From Octopus vulgaris (lineage: Eukaryota): a DNA stretch of 64,000 nucleotides. The stretch is taken from contig OX597823.1 in NCBI GenBank assembly GCA_951406725.2, forward strand, positions 48,422,001 through 48,486,000. Reading direction: 5' to 3'. This document shows, in pieces, positions 39,542 through 53,663 of this stretch. The notes below the pieces were generated by a model. The model searched no databases, was not told the origin of the DNA, and worked only from the letters and a program-made list of their open reading frames with translations. The translations under genes were made by a program, and so were the position numbers. Positions within the stretch are counted from its first letter, which is position 1. The number at the start of each line of letters is the position of its first letter.

Positions 39542-39873
39542 TATTATTATTATTATATTCTTTTCTACTAGAAGTACACTACTTAAAATTTTGGGAGAAG
39601 GGGAATAGTATATTACATTGCCCTTCTCCCTTCCAAGTGCTCAATTGGTACTTATTTTATCAAGCCAAGAAGGAAAAGTCAACCTCAGTGGAATTTGAAT
39701 TCACACTGCAAAGACAAACAAAATACCACTAAACATTTTACCTGGCATGCTAATGATTTTGCTAGCTTCCCACCTTAATAATGGTTTCAAATTGTGGCAC
39801 AAGGCCAGCAATTTCGGGGGAGAGGCCAAGTTGATTACATCAACCCCAGTAATCAACTGGTACTTATTTATCG

Positions 39874-40125
39874 TGGAGGTGTGTGGCTTAGTGGTTAGGG
39901 TGTCAGCATCATGATCGTAAGATTGTGGTTTCGATTCCTGGACCGGGCGACGCGTTGTGTCCTTGAGCAAAATACTTCATTTCACATTGTTCCAGTCCAC
40001 TCAGCTGGCAAAAATGAGTAACGCTGTGATGGACTGGCGTCCCGTCCAGCTGGGGAACACATATGCCATAGACACCAGGAAACCGGGTCCATGAGCCTGG
40101 CTAGGCTTTAAAAGGGCACATTTAT
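39874..40125 (+). mobile_element. CORE-like SINE, tail type c, nested in an S2 SINE
   Basis: Head plus core then gatggactggcgtcccgtccagctgggg; interrupts S2 copy 39780-40270 at ttatcg. Confidence 0.8.
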
Positions 40126-40777
40126 TATTTTATATTACTTATTTTATCGACTCTGAACGGATGAAAGGTAAAGTTGACCCTGCAAAAATTTGAATTCAGG
40201 ACATAAGGACAGACAAAATACTGCTAAGCATTTTGCCTGGGGTGCTAACAATTCTGTCAGCTCACCACCTTAATAATGATAAGTAATTTTTTTAAAAATA
40301 ATACTTCGCTTTTTGATTTGGTTTGCAAGTTTCTTTATATGAGTTCGCATGTTGTCTTTTTGTGCCTTATAATGTAACACACTCACCGGTAAAATTTCTA
40401 CTTATTTCTTATTTTTATTATCCTAAAATTTTCGTTGCATCTTGCAACCTTTTCAATAGTCTTGAAGTAAATGATGTGGGTGAGAACAGAAAAAATTGTA
40501 GCAACAACATAGCATCAAAATACCTGACTGAATATAAAAATTGTTTTGCTTCCTGGCAAAAGCTGTTCTCAAAGCACTATTTAGAGGGGCAGAGTAGTAA
40601 AATTAAATCTCAGGTTCAGATAATACTATTAGTTCATAATGAAATGCACTTTACACTTTTTGCATAAACAACATTTCTAAAGAGAATTTGTTCCATATTT
40701 GGGGGAGAATAGTTTGAATGCTTTCTCTTTATTATTGGATAATACTGGGTAAATTCTGACAGATAAAAACGATAAAC

Positions 40778-41082
40778 GTCACCCTTTTCAAACCTAGCCA
40801 GGCTCATGGGCCCGGTTTCCCGGTTTCTGTGGCGTATGTGTTCCCCCCAGCTGGACAGGATGCCAGTCCATTGTCGCGTTACTCAAGAAACAGGAAGAGA
40901 GAGTGAGAGAAAGTTGTGGCGAAAGAGTACAACAGGGGTCGCTACCCCCTGCCTGCTGGAGCCTCGTGGAGCTTTTAGGTGTTTTCGCTCAATAAACACA
41001 CATAACACCTGGTCTGGGAATCAAAACTGCGATCCTCCAACCGTAAGTCCACTACCCTAACCACTGGGCCATTGCACCTCCA
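40778..41082 (-). mobile_element. SINE with tail type c but a different head and middle
   Basis: Shares gagtaacg..atggactggc.tcc.gtccagctgggg...catgagcctggctagg with 39874-40125. Confidence 0.7.
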
Positions 41083-41555
41083 AACTCTGACAGAAGAAAG
41101 GGGCAAATCTGAGAGATTTGGTGAACAGGTGAGAAGCAAATAGAACTGATAAGAACATGATTATCTTGGAAAATATTTCACTAAATTCTTAATATCTTTG
41201 AAGTTGAACTTATAACCCTGGGATGTCAGAGGATGAAATGATAGTAAGGAGAGAAGAATTAACCTTTTTTAATATTCAGATTACTTTGTCAAATATATTG
41301 CTTATTTATTCGCATTACATTGTTTTGTTCTTTTATTGTTTTATTCTTTTACTAGCTTCAGTCATTTGACTGCAACCATATTGAAGCACTGCCTTAAAGG
41401 GTTTTTTAGTTGAAGAAATCGACCCCAGGAGTTATTCTTTGTAAGCCTAGTACTTATTCTATCATTCTCTTTTGCCAAACCACTAAGTCACGGGAACATA
41501 AACACACCAACATTGGTTGTCAAGTGATGGTGGGGAGACAAACAGACACAAACAA

Positions 41556-41590
<35 letters not shown>

Positions 41591-41932
41591 CTAGCAGTAT
41601 CACCCGGCGTTGCTCGGGTTTGTAAAGGAAATAACTATAAAGCATTTTTAGAGAGTTATAGCCAAAAAATAGCAAAAAAATGGGAAAAAAATTATGGTCG
41701 AGTTGCGTCCCCTAGACAGTCTGTGGTTTGTGTTTCTGATTCTCGACCCCATGTCGAATTTATCGATTTTTTTAAGAACTGGGGGAACTTTTCAAAATTT
41801 TCCGCTGCGTTAGTTTTGAATTATGACATTGGGCTATGTGTGTATCAAGTTTCATCAGAATCGGTTGAAAGCCGTGGTCAGGGTGAGGGTACAACCTAAC
41901 AGACACACAGACACACACACAGACAAACTGCC

Positions 41933-41942
<10 letters not shown>
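41591..41942 (-). mobile_element. Helitron H-C copy inserted in the (TA)n centre of a SINE
   Basis: Near-identical to 24511-24890 with a short deletion; begins a|ctagcagtatcacccggcgttgctcggg. Confidence 0.82.
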
Positions 41943-41980
<38 letters not shown>

Positions 41981-44106
41981 CAGGCTTCTTTCAGTTTCAG
42001 TCTACCATATCCACTCACAAAGCTTTGGTTGGCCCAAGCCTATAATAGATAACACCAGCATAAGGTGCCATGCAGTTTCAGTCATTAGATTGCAGCCATG
42101 CTGGGGCACTGCCTTGAAGTCAAACAATTCAACCCAATACTTGTATTTAAGCCTGGTACTTATTCTATTGGTCTCTTTTGCAAAACCATTAAGTCACAGG
42201 GATGTAAACAAACCAACATTGGTTGTCAAGTACTTGGGGGCTACATACAAATACAGACACACAAACATACATATATACATATATACATATATGATGATCT
42301 TCCATACATTTTCCATCTACCCTACCAAATTCACCCAGAAGGTATTGATTACCCTGAGACTGTAGTAGAAGACACTTGCTTAAAGTACCAAGCAGTGGGA
42401 CTGAACTCCTAACCACATAGTTACAAAGTGAGTTTCTTTATTACACAGCCACACCTGCATTTCCTTCTTCTAATATTTTTATAAGGTGGTGAGCTGGCAG
42501 AGTCGTTAGCAGAACAGGCAAGATGCTTAGTGGCATTTTCGTTCATCTCAGTGTTCTGAGTTCAAATTCCACTGAAGTCACCTTGGCCTTTCATCCATTC
42601 AGAGTCGATAAAATAGGTACCAGTTGGGCACTGGGGTTGATGTAATTGACTCAGCCCCGCCCCTAAAACTGCTGGGTTTGTACCAAAATTTAAAAGTAAT
42701 ATTTTATATAGGAAGCTTCTTAATACTTTTACATCATTTTGAAAATTGTCCAGTGATAAATGTTTCTCTGTTTCTCTACACAGGATAAAGCAAATCTATT
42801 TTTTATACATTTTACCTCTTCCTTTTCAGTTTCATCATCCACTTGTATTTTCTAACATTAATCACCCTAAACATATCACACTTTTCTGTTTATATTAAAT
42901 TGCAGTAACAGCCGCTTTGGTTATATGTGCACCAGAAACCAGCAAAGAAAAGGATAATACAACATTTTATCAAATATATTTATCAAGTAAATTATTAATT
43001 TTATCAAATAAATCCACAAAGTAAATAGGAATAGCAATGCTCTATAGGAAACTAGAAAGAAGAGAACAAATATTGCTTACTATTCACATGTTTTAGTTTA
43101 ATTGATTAATTTCATTTAAATATGAATTACTAAATATTACATTTTGTTTATATATTAGCATATCACTCTTCCAGTTAAAGTGTCTATTTTCTGTAAATTT
43201 TCAATAATGTTTTTGGTTAATTAAAATATAGACATATTTTTCTGTATAAAAAGGATGTAGGCAGATATTTGTTCAATATACTCTAGGCATAGAAATTAAT
43301 ATGCTATAAAATATCATAGCCTACGCCTGAAATTCTAAATTCTAGGTTGAGCTTACTTCCCAACCACATGGCTCCAGGTTCAGTCCCACTGCATGGCACC
43401 TTAAGCAAGTGTCTTCAACTATAGCCTCGGGCCAACCAAAGCTTTTGCGAGTGGATTTCGTAAACAGAAATTGAAAGAAGCTTGTCATGTCATGTGGGTG
43501 TGTGTGTGATTGTGTGCTTTTGTGTCTGTGTTGCTCACCACCACCACCACCACTGCTTAACAACTAGTGTTGGTGTGTTTACGTCCCTGTAACTTAGCAG
43601 TTTAGTGAAAGTGACCAATAAAATAAGTACCAGGATTAAAAAAAAAAAAGTACTTGGGTCATTTCATTTGACTAAAAACTCTTCGAGGCAGTGCCCCAGT
43701 ATGGCGACTATGTCTAACGGTTGAATCAAGTAAAAGATACAAGGTAAGAAATATGACATCAAATATTGTAAATATTTTACTACAGAAATTAATTCCTAAA
43801 TTAACTCTGGAACAAATTTGTGTCACAGCCTTGCGAAAGACAGGTTCAAACAATAACAAAAAAAAAAAGAAGAAGAAAGAAAGAAAGAAGTATATTGATG
43901 CATAAAGTATAACAATGATTTTCAATTAAAGAATTTATTTCTTCATATTGGTATGCAATAAAGATATCTATCCATTGTTTCACTTATAATATTGAAATTC
44001 TACAAATATTTTTTCTCTGTGTCACTGCACATATATAAGAAGCACATGTAGGAAGGTTCCAGGATACCTTGGGTTGCAACTCGGAGATTAAAATATTTAT
44101 GATATA

Positions 44107-44161
44107 TAATAATGATAATAATAATGAAATTATTGTATACAGTGCTCAGGTTCACCACAAC
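44107..44161 (-). mobile_element. Extreme 3' end fragment of the same LINE family as 33612-35086
   Basis: Minus strand gttgtggtgaacctgagcactgtatacaataatttcattatt matches gttgtagtgcacctgagcactgtacacaattattatt at 35027-35063. Confidence 0.75.
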
Positions 44162-44321
44162 ATTCAAAAAACTTCATTGTAGACAACGAAAGTTTTAGGA
44201 AATATGTATAGATTTAGAGATTTGGCACATAAGTATTTATATAGATGAACACACATACACGAACGCATGCACATGCACATACACACAGACACATGTATAT
44301 ACATCTGTATGTGTACATGTA

Positions 44322-44372
<51 letters not shown>

Positions 44373-44722
44373 TAGGGGCATGTATTCCAGGTGTACTAAG
44401 TGTATGGCACACACCCATCGAAAAATGGCAAATTCTATATAAATATTAACCTTACTCATTAATTTAATCACAAATCTTAATGGAAAACTTTTTTTATTCC
44501 CCTGCTTGAAATTTTGTGGCATTGCGAGTGGCAGCATACCCAATATAATAACCACCATATACCATTGATATACATATATAGGTATGGTAGATAAGTTCAG
44601 TAAAATTTAGATTCAGATGAATATGGTAAAGTTAAAGGCACCAGAATTTAGTATGGTATTATCCATATAATTTAAAATAAGGTGATTATAATCAAAATAA
44701 GCAAAAAAGATATCCTTGTTGC

Positions 44723-44754
<32 letters not shown>

Positions 44755-44773
<19 letters not shown>

Positions 44774-45047
44774 TATATATACACACACACATATGCATAT
44801 ATATACACACACATAGACATATATATATATAAAAAGAGATAGAGAGAGAGTGATACATGTATATTAATATACATGATATATATGAATGTAAGTGTATATA
44901 TATATATATATATGTACACACACATATATATACACACACACATATGCATATATATACACACACATACACACATATATATATATATAAAGAGATAGAGAGA
45001 GAGCAATACATGTATATTAATATACATGATATATATGATTGTAAGTA
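44755..45047. repeat. Tandem duplication of a microsatellite-rich ~150-bp unit
   Basis: gagatagagagagag..atacatgtatattaatatacatgatatatatga.tgtaagt occurs twice. Confidence 0.8.
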
Positions 45048-47132
45048 TATATATATATATATATATATATGAATATGTATATTCTTAAATGTTTACGTTT
45101 GTGTTTGTGTGTGTATTACTTAGAAATTTAACATGAATGTATTTAGTGAAATAATGGATACCAAAATTTCTGTTCCTAAAAAAGAAATTTTGACAACTGG
45201 TTCTTAACAATTTGGAAATAATATATGAAAATGTCGAATTTTTTTTTAAAAAATGCAACAGAATTTTTAGGGAACAGTCTATATGACATTCTTTATTACC
45301 AATATAATACTATTTATCGCTTACATAAGCCCGTATATATTCATAAAATATTTACATGTGCTTATTAAAAAGCTATGGAAGAGTAAATGTCTAGACTTTT
45401 ATTTGAGATAAGATTTGTTAATGTAACGGTCCTATTTCTTTTTATATCAAATCTTATTTCCTCCATATAAATTTTAAAATATTATATGAAATAAAACAAG
45501 ATACATTCTTCTCAATCATTAATTTAAATTTTACAGTTTAAGTCAACAGGAGTTTAACTATAACAAAATAAATTTACTACTATAATCGTAAATTTTAAGA
45601 GATTTTCATAGCAGAGACAGCCAACTACTTACACAGGAAGTTTAAATCAACGTTCATTTTCATCTTAATCGATTCTCATATTAATTAATAGACTTAGTAC
45701 GGCAGGAAACCACGCCTCCTCATACTAAACCAGATACTAGCTGTTAATGCCATTACAAAACTATCTAGTAAAATATGGCCACGACTGAAATTCACTTATC
45801 AGCATAATTTTATGTCTTTTATATATATATTTCAAAAAGTTGACTGTGGCCATGCTGGGGCACTGCCTTGAAGAGTTTAGTACAACAAATTGATCCCCAC
45901 CTCCCCACCAGTACTTATTTTTAAAAACCTGGTTCTTGGTCTATCAGTCTCTATTGAAAAGCTGCTGAGTTATGGGAATGCAAACAAACCAACACCAGTT
46001 GTCAAGTGGTGGAAAACACATTCACACACACACACATATACAAAAAGAGAAAAAAATTTTGATGGGCTTCTTTCAGTTTCCATCTACTAAAATCCACTCA
46101 TAATGCTTTGGTTGACTTGGAGCTAAAGTAGAAGACACTTGTCCAAGATGCAGCACAGTGAAACTGAACCCACATGAACATGATTGAGAAACAAGCTTCT
46201 TAACCACTCAGCCACACCTGGACTCTTTATACTTAATTACAATAAAACGTTCCTAATTATTCTTTTACATCGCTTATATTTATCTACATGACACATAAAG
46301 AAACAGAAAGAAAAATATGCTAACAAGGGTAACACCTTGGAAAGAGTAACTTAAGTGGCACTCAGTCAGTTACAACAACAGCAACAACAAAAGTTCCAGT
46401 TGATCTGATCGATGGAACAGCCTGCACAAGAAATTATCATACAAGTTGCTGAGCACTCCACACACCTACATACCCATACCCAGGGAGATTCAACATGACA
46501 CACCGAATGTGACAAGGTTGGCCCTTTCAATTACAGATACTGCTCATTTTTACCAGCTGAATGGGCTGGAGTAACATGAAATGAAGTGTCTTGCTCAAGG
46601 ACATAATGTGCCACTGTGAATTGAACTCACAATCTTACAACCATGAACCATATACCCTAACCACTAAGTCATGTACCGCCCCTGATATTATTTATTTATT
46701 TATTGCCCACAAGGAGCTAAACATAGAGGGAACAAACAAGGACAGACAAAGGGATTAAGTCAATAACATCAACTCCAGTGCGTAACTGGTACCTATTTAA
46801 TCAACCCCGAAAGGATGAAAGGCAAAGTCAACTTCGGCGGAATTTGAACTCAGAATGTAACAGCTCACCACCCTAAAATTATAATACATGATTAATATTA
46901 TATTATATAATATAGTATTATTTACTCCTAAAGAGAATAGTCCCATCTAAGATGCCTTTCACCTTTGGTCTGCTCTATTAAGGTTGACTAAGGAGAAAAT
47001 GAGAACAATTATTACTAAGTGAAATGAAAGGATTCACATATTTATTCAAGATTGCTTTGAGAGTTGTTGCTAATCACTAAAGTTAACATATGAAGTGATT
47101 TCAGAATTTTATATCATTAAATCATTAAAGCA

Positions 47133-47182
<50 letters not shown>

Positions 47183-47284
47183 CATGTAATACACACACAC
47201 ACACACACATATATATATACATGTATATTTATATATAACATTATATATATATTGAACATATATATATATGTAGGCAGCGGCATA

Positions 47285-47435
47285 TGGTGTGTGGTAAGAA
47301 GCTTGCTTTCCAACCACATGGTTCCAGGTTCAATCCCACTATGAGGCACCTTTGGTGAGTGTCTTCTACTATAGCCTCGGGCCAACTGAAACCTTGTGAG
47401 TGGATTTGGCAGATGGAAACTGAAAGAAGCCTGTC

Positions 47436-47483
<48 letters not shown>

Positions 47484-47700
47484 TTGTGCCTTTGCCTTTG
47501 TGTTAGTCCCCTCACCATCACTTGACAACAGATGTTGGGGTGTTTACAACCCTGTAACTAAGCAGGTTGGCAAAAGAAACTTATAGAATAAGTACTAGGC
47601 TTACAAAGAATAGATCCTGGGGCCAATTTGTTCGACTAAAGGCGGTGCTTTAGCATGCCCACAATCAAATTGACTGAAACAAGTAAAAGAAGAAAAGGAA
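47285..47700 (+). mobile_element. SINE S1 copy
   Basis: Full head-body-microsatellite-tail structure as at 7305-7720. Confidence 0.85.
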
Positions 47701-47734
47701 TATATATATATATATATAAACATATGCGCGCGCG

Positions 47735-47768
<34 letters not shown>

Positions 47769-47850
47769 CACACACATACACACATATATATATATATATA
47801 CATATAAACACACGCGTGTATATATCTATGTGTAGATATATGTGTGTATG

Positions 47851-47900
<50 letters not shown>

Positions 47901-48477
47901 CATATATATATATATATTTATATATACGGAAAGAGAGAAAGAAAGATACAGCCTGCGTAATTGAATTATGACTCAACAAGTGCACATAATTTTTATTACG
48001 GTTGCTAAAGGAGTTATGTCCCTTGCACTGTAGCAGCAGTGATTTGAGAAGAGAAAAAAAAAAAACGTTAACAGATTAAACTTAATTTAAGAAAATCAAT
48101 AAGTAGAGACAGTGCAATAAGTAATATTAAAATTTTCATCCCCCAATAAAACAACAGTAGTTCTGTAGTTTATTCATTTTCCTTTGACGAAATCAACTGA
48201 ATATTAGAAGTAAAAAAAAAATTAATTCGTATATCTTATAAAATAAAGCAACAATTTGCAAATTTATAAGAAAAAATACGGAATACGATGATCACAAGGT
48301 GCTATTTCTAGGAGGTCGAGCGATCTTGTAGCAGTTCCTTCGTAGTCTGGTTTTATGCTTCTATTTAGCTCTCTGGCTATTACGTTGATATGCACACACA
48401 CACATAATGTGTCAATGTACCTGTGTATACATACACAAACATACATGCATATACGTATGTATGCATGTATGTATATA

Positions 48478-48872
48478 CTCTTTATTCTTTTACTTGTTTC
48501 AGTCATTTGACTGTGTCCACGGTGGAGCACTGTCTTAAAGGGTTTTAGTCGAAGAAATCGACCCCAGGGCTTATTCTTTGTAAGCTTAGTACTTCTTCTA
48601 TAGGACGCTTTTGCCAAACCGCTAGGTTACGGGGACATAAACACACCACCGTCGGTTGTTAAGCGATGGCGGAGGAACAAAAACACGCGCGCACACACAT
48701 ACATACATACATATATATACGATGGGCTTCTTTCAGTTTTCGTCAACAAAATCCACTCACAAGGCTTTGGTCGGCCCGAAGCTATAGTTGAAGACACTTG
48801 GCCGAGGTGCCATGCAGTAGGGCTAAACCCAGAACCATACGGTTTGGAGGCAAGTTTCTTACCACACAGCCA
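48478..48872 (-). mobile_element. SINE S1 copy (CpG-retaining, relatively young)
   Basis: Full structure; followed by a second copy at 48905-49935 split by an insertion. Confidence 0.85.
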
Positions 48873-49111
48873 CGCGCACGTGTGTGTGTGTATATAATTT
48901 TAAATCTTTTCCTTCCTTCAGTCATTAGACTGCACTCTTGCTGGGGCATCACCTTCAAGGGCTTTAGTTGAACAGCTTGATCCCAGGATTATTTTTCAAG
49001 CCTAGTACTTATTCTGTTAGTCTTTTCACCAAACATCTAAGTTACAAGGATGTAAACACACCAGCACCGGTTGTCAAGTGGTAAGGTGGGGACAAACACT
49101 CACATACACAT

Positions 49112-49308
49112 GTGACCTCGTGTGTACCGTTGGCGATTCTTTTTTCCTCTGTCTTCCCTTCTCTGGATCTTTCCTTCTCCTATGTTTCCGACGAAGAGCT
49201 CTGCTCGAAACGTTAAACCCTCCTTCTTTCCTGAGCGTCCAATAATACTATATTTGTTCCATGTCCTCGCGTTGTTGTGTTTTTTTGTGCTTTCTTCATT
49301 GGATTAAC
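49112..49308 (+). mobile_element. Short Penelope-like fragment with hammerhead motif, inserted in a SINE centre
   Basis: Pyrimidine-rich segment containing the motif at 49184-49218, followed by (TA)n. Confidence 0.55.
49184..49218 (+). ncRNA. Minimal type I hammerhead-ribozyme-like motif (core variant CCGACGA)
   Basis: GUUU-CCGACGA-A-GAGC-UCU-GCUC-GAAA-CGUUA-AAC. Confidence 0.55.
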
Positions 49309-49454
49309 TATATATATATGTGTATACGTACATATATATATATATATATATATATATGTATACGTACATATATATATATATATATATTATACGTATATAT
49401 ATATATATATATTGTATACGTACATATATATATATATATATATTTTACGTATAC

Positions 49455-49493
<39 letters not shown>

Positions 49494-49525
49494 TACGTAC
49501 ATATATATATATATATATATGTATA

Positions 49526-49569
<44 letters not shown>

Positions 49570-49570
49570 C

Positions 49571-49622
<52 letters not shown>

Positions 49623-49628
49623 ACGTAC

Positions 49629-49707
<79 letters not shown>

Positions 49708-49737
49708 CATATATATTTTTTTTTTTTTTTTTATATA

Positions 49738-49791
<54 letters not shown>

Positions 49792-50191
49792 GGCTTCTTT
49801 CAGTTCTGCCAAATCCACTCACAAGGCTTCGGTTTGCCTGAAGCTATAGTAGAAGACACTTGCCCAAGGTGCCACACAGTGGGACTGAACCCTGAATCCT
49901 GTGGTTGGGAAGCAAGCTTCTTATCACACAGCCATACCTTAAGGTTGTGTTTGTTTTTATGTTTAGTTATAATAAAAACTATTTTACATTTAACAGACTG
50001 GTTACTCCATACTTTGGTAGAGTACAAATTTATTATTCATATACAGGAAGGTTGTTGACTGTTACTTTGAAGTTTCAGTGAGTTAAGCAATCGGACAATG
50101 ACTTAACTGACTGAAGCTTCAATGTCACAATCAATATATATACATATATACATACATACATACATACCTATATGCATACATACATACACAT

Positions 50192-50236
<45 letters not shown>

Positions 50237-50328
50237 CATATATACACATACATATATATACAGATATATATATAGATACATATATATATACACATATACA
50301 TATACACATATATATACACATACATATC

Positions 50329-50360
<32 letters not shown>

Positions 50361-50367
<7 letters not shown>

Positions 50368-50475
50368 ATCACATGACCGACCAGTCCATCAGATGTAGTT
50401 ACACATCGCTGGTCACAATGCGTTCGCATTGTTTTAGACTTCGAATGACGCCACCCCGCTGGCTAAGCGAGCAGG

Positions 50476-50479
<4 letters not shown>
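50361..50479 (-). repeat. ~118-bp element in (TA)n; inverted partner of 51260-51377
   Basis: About 5 differences between the two copies by eye; equals SINE tail type d. Confidence 0.8.
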
Positions 50480-50523
<44 letters not shown>

Positions 50524-50556
50524 CATACATATATATGTACATATATGTACCTATAC

Positions 50557-50590
<34 letters not shown>

Positions 50591-51074
50591 TTATATATAC
50601 ACACACGAGTAAACACATAAATGATCACAACTCTCTGATGAATGGTAGCATGAAACTATTTTGTACACATTTTTTCAGCTTTAATAAAAAGTGTGTGTGT
50701 GTGAACATATACAGAGACAACAAGCAAATAGATAATTATATATATATATCAAACATATATATATCCATACACACACAAGTGATTAGAAAATTGCTGTGTA
50801 GGAGGGAAACTTCTAAATTAAGCAAAATTATACAAACAACAGGATTTTAGCCATGGACATATTTACGTAGGATCTATTAATACTAATAGCTAATACATCT
50901 AAATTTAACTTGGTTTTAGAATAGGAATACAATATTTTGCACAAGTCGAGTGTCCAGTAATAACAGAACAAATAAACTGAATATATATTTACATCATGAA
51001 ATGAGAAGTTGTTAAGAAAAGCAGTTAGACTTAAGTAGTATTTGAAAGAAATCATATTAAAAAATTCTGTCCAC

Positions 51075-51370
51075 ATGCAGGAGTGGCTGTGTGATAAGAA
51101 GATTGCTTCCCAACGACATGGTTCCGGGTGCAGTACCACAGCATAGCACCTTTGGGCAAGTGTCTTCTACTATAGCATCAGGCTGATCAAATACTTGTGA
51201 GTGGATTTGGTAGACAGAAACGGAAAAAAAACCTGTCGTGTGTATATATATATATATAATGGCCTGCTCGCTTAGCCAGCAGGGTGGCGTCATTCGAAGG
51301 CTAAAACAATGCGAATGCATTGTGACCAGCGATGTGTAACTACATCTGATGGATTGGTCGGTCACGTGAT

Positions 51371-51410
<40 letters not shown>

Positions 51411-51690
51411 GTATGTATACATATATATATATACATATATATATATATATGTGTGTGTGTGTACATATGTATATATATATATATATATACATATATATAC
51501 ATGTATATGTTTGTGTCTGCGTTTGTCCCCCCCCCACAATCGCTTGAAACTGATGTAGGTGTGTTTATGTCCCTGTAACTTAGCGGTTCAGCAAAAGAGA
51601 CTCATAAAATAAGTTCTAGGCTTACAAATATTAAGTCCTGCGGTCGATTTGTTTGACTAAAGGTGGTGCTCCAGCATGGCCACAGTGAAA
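51075..51690 (+). mobile_element. SINE S1 copy with the ~118-bp element inserted in its microsatellite
   Basis: Head 51075-51240, insert 51260-51377, tail 51510-51690. Confidence 0.8.
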
Positions 51691-51842
51691 GAACCTATAA
51701 AAGAGCCTATCAATATAGGCATACATTGTGTGTTTAAATATGTAACGTATATATAGATGCATATTGCATATATACACACAAAAACATGTATACATGCGTT
51801 TATTTTATATGCATATATATACATTTATAAAATTTATATACA

Positions 51843-52027
51843 TACAAGGGGTTTTAAAGCCTTCCGCAAACTTTCTGAGTTCTTTTCCAGAGCTTCATAA
51901 AACTGGAGGACCACTGCAATAAGTGTGTTAATCTGAGAGGGGGAAAATGTTGAATGAAATCATAATTAACTGATCCTCTTGTATTTTCTTTTACCCAAAG
52001 CCAGGAACTTTTCAGCACCCCCTCATA
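51843..52027 (+). mobile_element. Mariner-derived internally deleted element (MITE-like)
   Basis: Retains transposase C-terminus (KLEDHCNKCVNLRG) and right TIR aaagccaggaacttttcagcaccccctcata. Confidence 0.65.
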
Positions 52028-52141
52028 TATACTACATGTATACAAATTACATACATATATACATGTATATATAATACACATATACATATATATGTGCATT
52101 TTATACACACACACACATATATGCACGTGTATATATATATA

Positions 52142-52172
<31 letters not shown>

Positions 52173-52219
52173 ATATGCACATATACATCTATACATATAT
52201 GTATTTATATTTATATGTA

Positions 52220-52256
<37 letters not shown>

Positions 52257-52496
52257 TCTTTTATTCTTTTATTCTTTTCTTTTACTCCTTTGTTTCAGTC
52301 ATTTGACTGCTGCACCACCTTTAGTTGAACAAATCAACACTAGGTGTTATTCTTTGTAAGCCTGTACTTATTCTATCGGTTTCCTTTGCTGAACCACTAA
52401 GTGATGGGGACGTAAACACACCAACATCATTTGTCAAGTAATGCTGGGGGTACAAACACAGACACAAAATTACATACATACATATATATATGTATG

Positions 52497-52546
<50 letters not shown>

Positions 52547-52579
52547 TATATATACATATATATAAATATATATATATAA

Positions 52580-52613
<34 letters not shown>

Positions 52614-52803
52614 TTATAAATAAATATGATGTGCTTCTATCAGTTTCCGTCTACCAGACCCACTTACAAGGCTTTGATCATCCCTAGGCTGTAGTAGAAG
52701 ACACTTGCCTAAGGTGCCATACAATAAGACTGAACCTCGGAGCCATGTGGTTGGGAAGCAAGCTGCTTACCACACAGCCATTATCTATCTATATCTATCT
52801 ATC

Positions 52804-52845
<42 letters not shown>

Positions 52846-52878
52846 ATATATATGCATATATATACGTGTGTGTGTGTA

Positions 52879-52912
<34 letters not shown>

Positions 52913-53231
52913 ATATTTGTTTTTTATATTATAAAAACAATTTTACATTCAACTGAAGGATTATTCAATATATTTGGTGTTTTTATCAACCATATCCACT
53001 CAGAAGGCTTTATTGGGTCTGGAGTAGAAGACCTAGCTGTCATGTAGAGTGACTGAACATGATACTACATGGCTGGGAAATAAACTTTTTCACCACACAG
53101 CCAAGCATGGTGCATACACACAGCCAAGCAGACACAGACATGCATTGATAGATACAAATGCATAGTATATATGTTTGTATGTGTGTGTGTATATATATAT
53201 ATACATATCTCTCTCTGTATATATATATATT

Positions 53232-53267
<36 letters not shown>

Positions 53268-53663
53268 TATACATCTAGATATGTATATAAAAAAAATATA
53301 TATGCATATACATGCTATGATTATAATTTTTTCTTGCATATTTGTATTGTCTTTTGAAACGTGTGTATGTATTGATTCCAATTTTGTATGAAATCTAATT
53401 TTGGTTCAACATCTTTTTCTCCTGGTATATCTATAACAATATTTTTCAACTATTATTATCATATCCTTATTACTTGCTCTGGCTGTTTTTTTATGAATTT
53501 TTATTAGAAATCATTGTTTCTTTTTTGGATCTCTCAAAAAGTTTGAATTGTTCTTTTTGAACTTATTTTTTCTCATATATGCATATACATATATATATAC
53601 ATACTTATATACATCTACCTTAGCTAGTTTATATATGTACATCTATATATATACATATATAAA

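Noticed and set aside
39874-39950. tRNA gene (and similar heads elsewhere)
   Set aside because: A/B-box-like head runs straight into a SINE body; no full cloverleaf or terminator.
42816-42851. Possible minus-strand microexon KIQVDDETEKEE; similar candidates near 30805-30823, 45633-45663, 46963-46987 and 58457-58600
   Set aside because: Splice-like signals occur by chance in AT-rich DNA; none gives a PH-like continuation into exon A.
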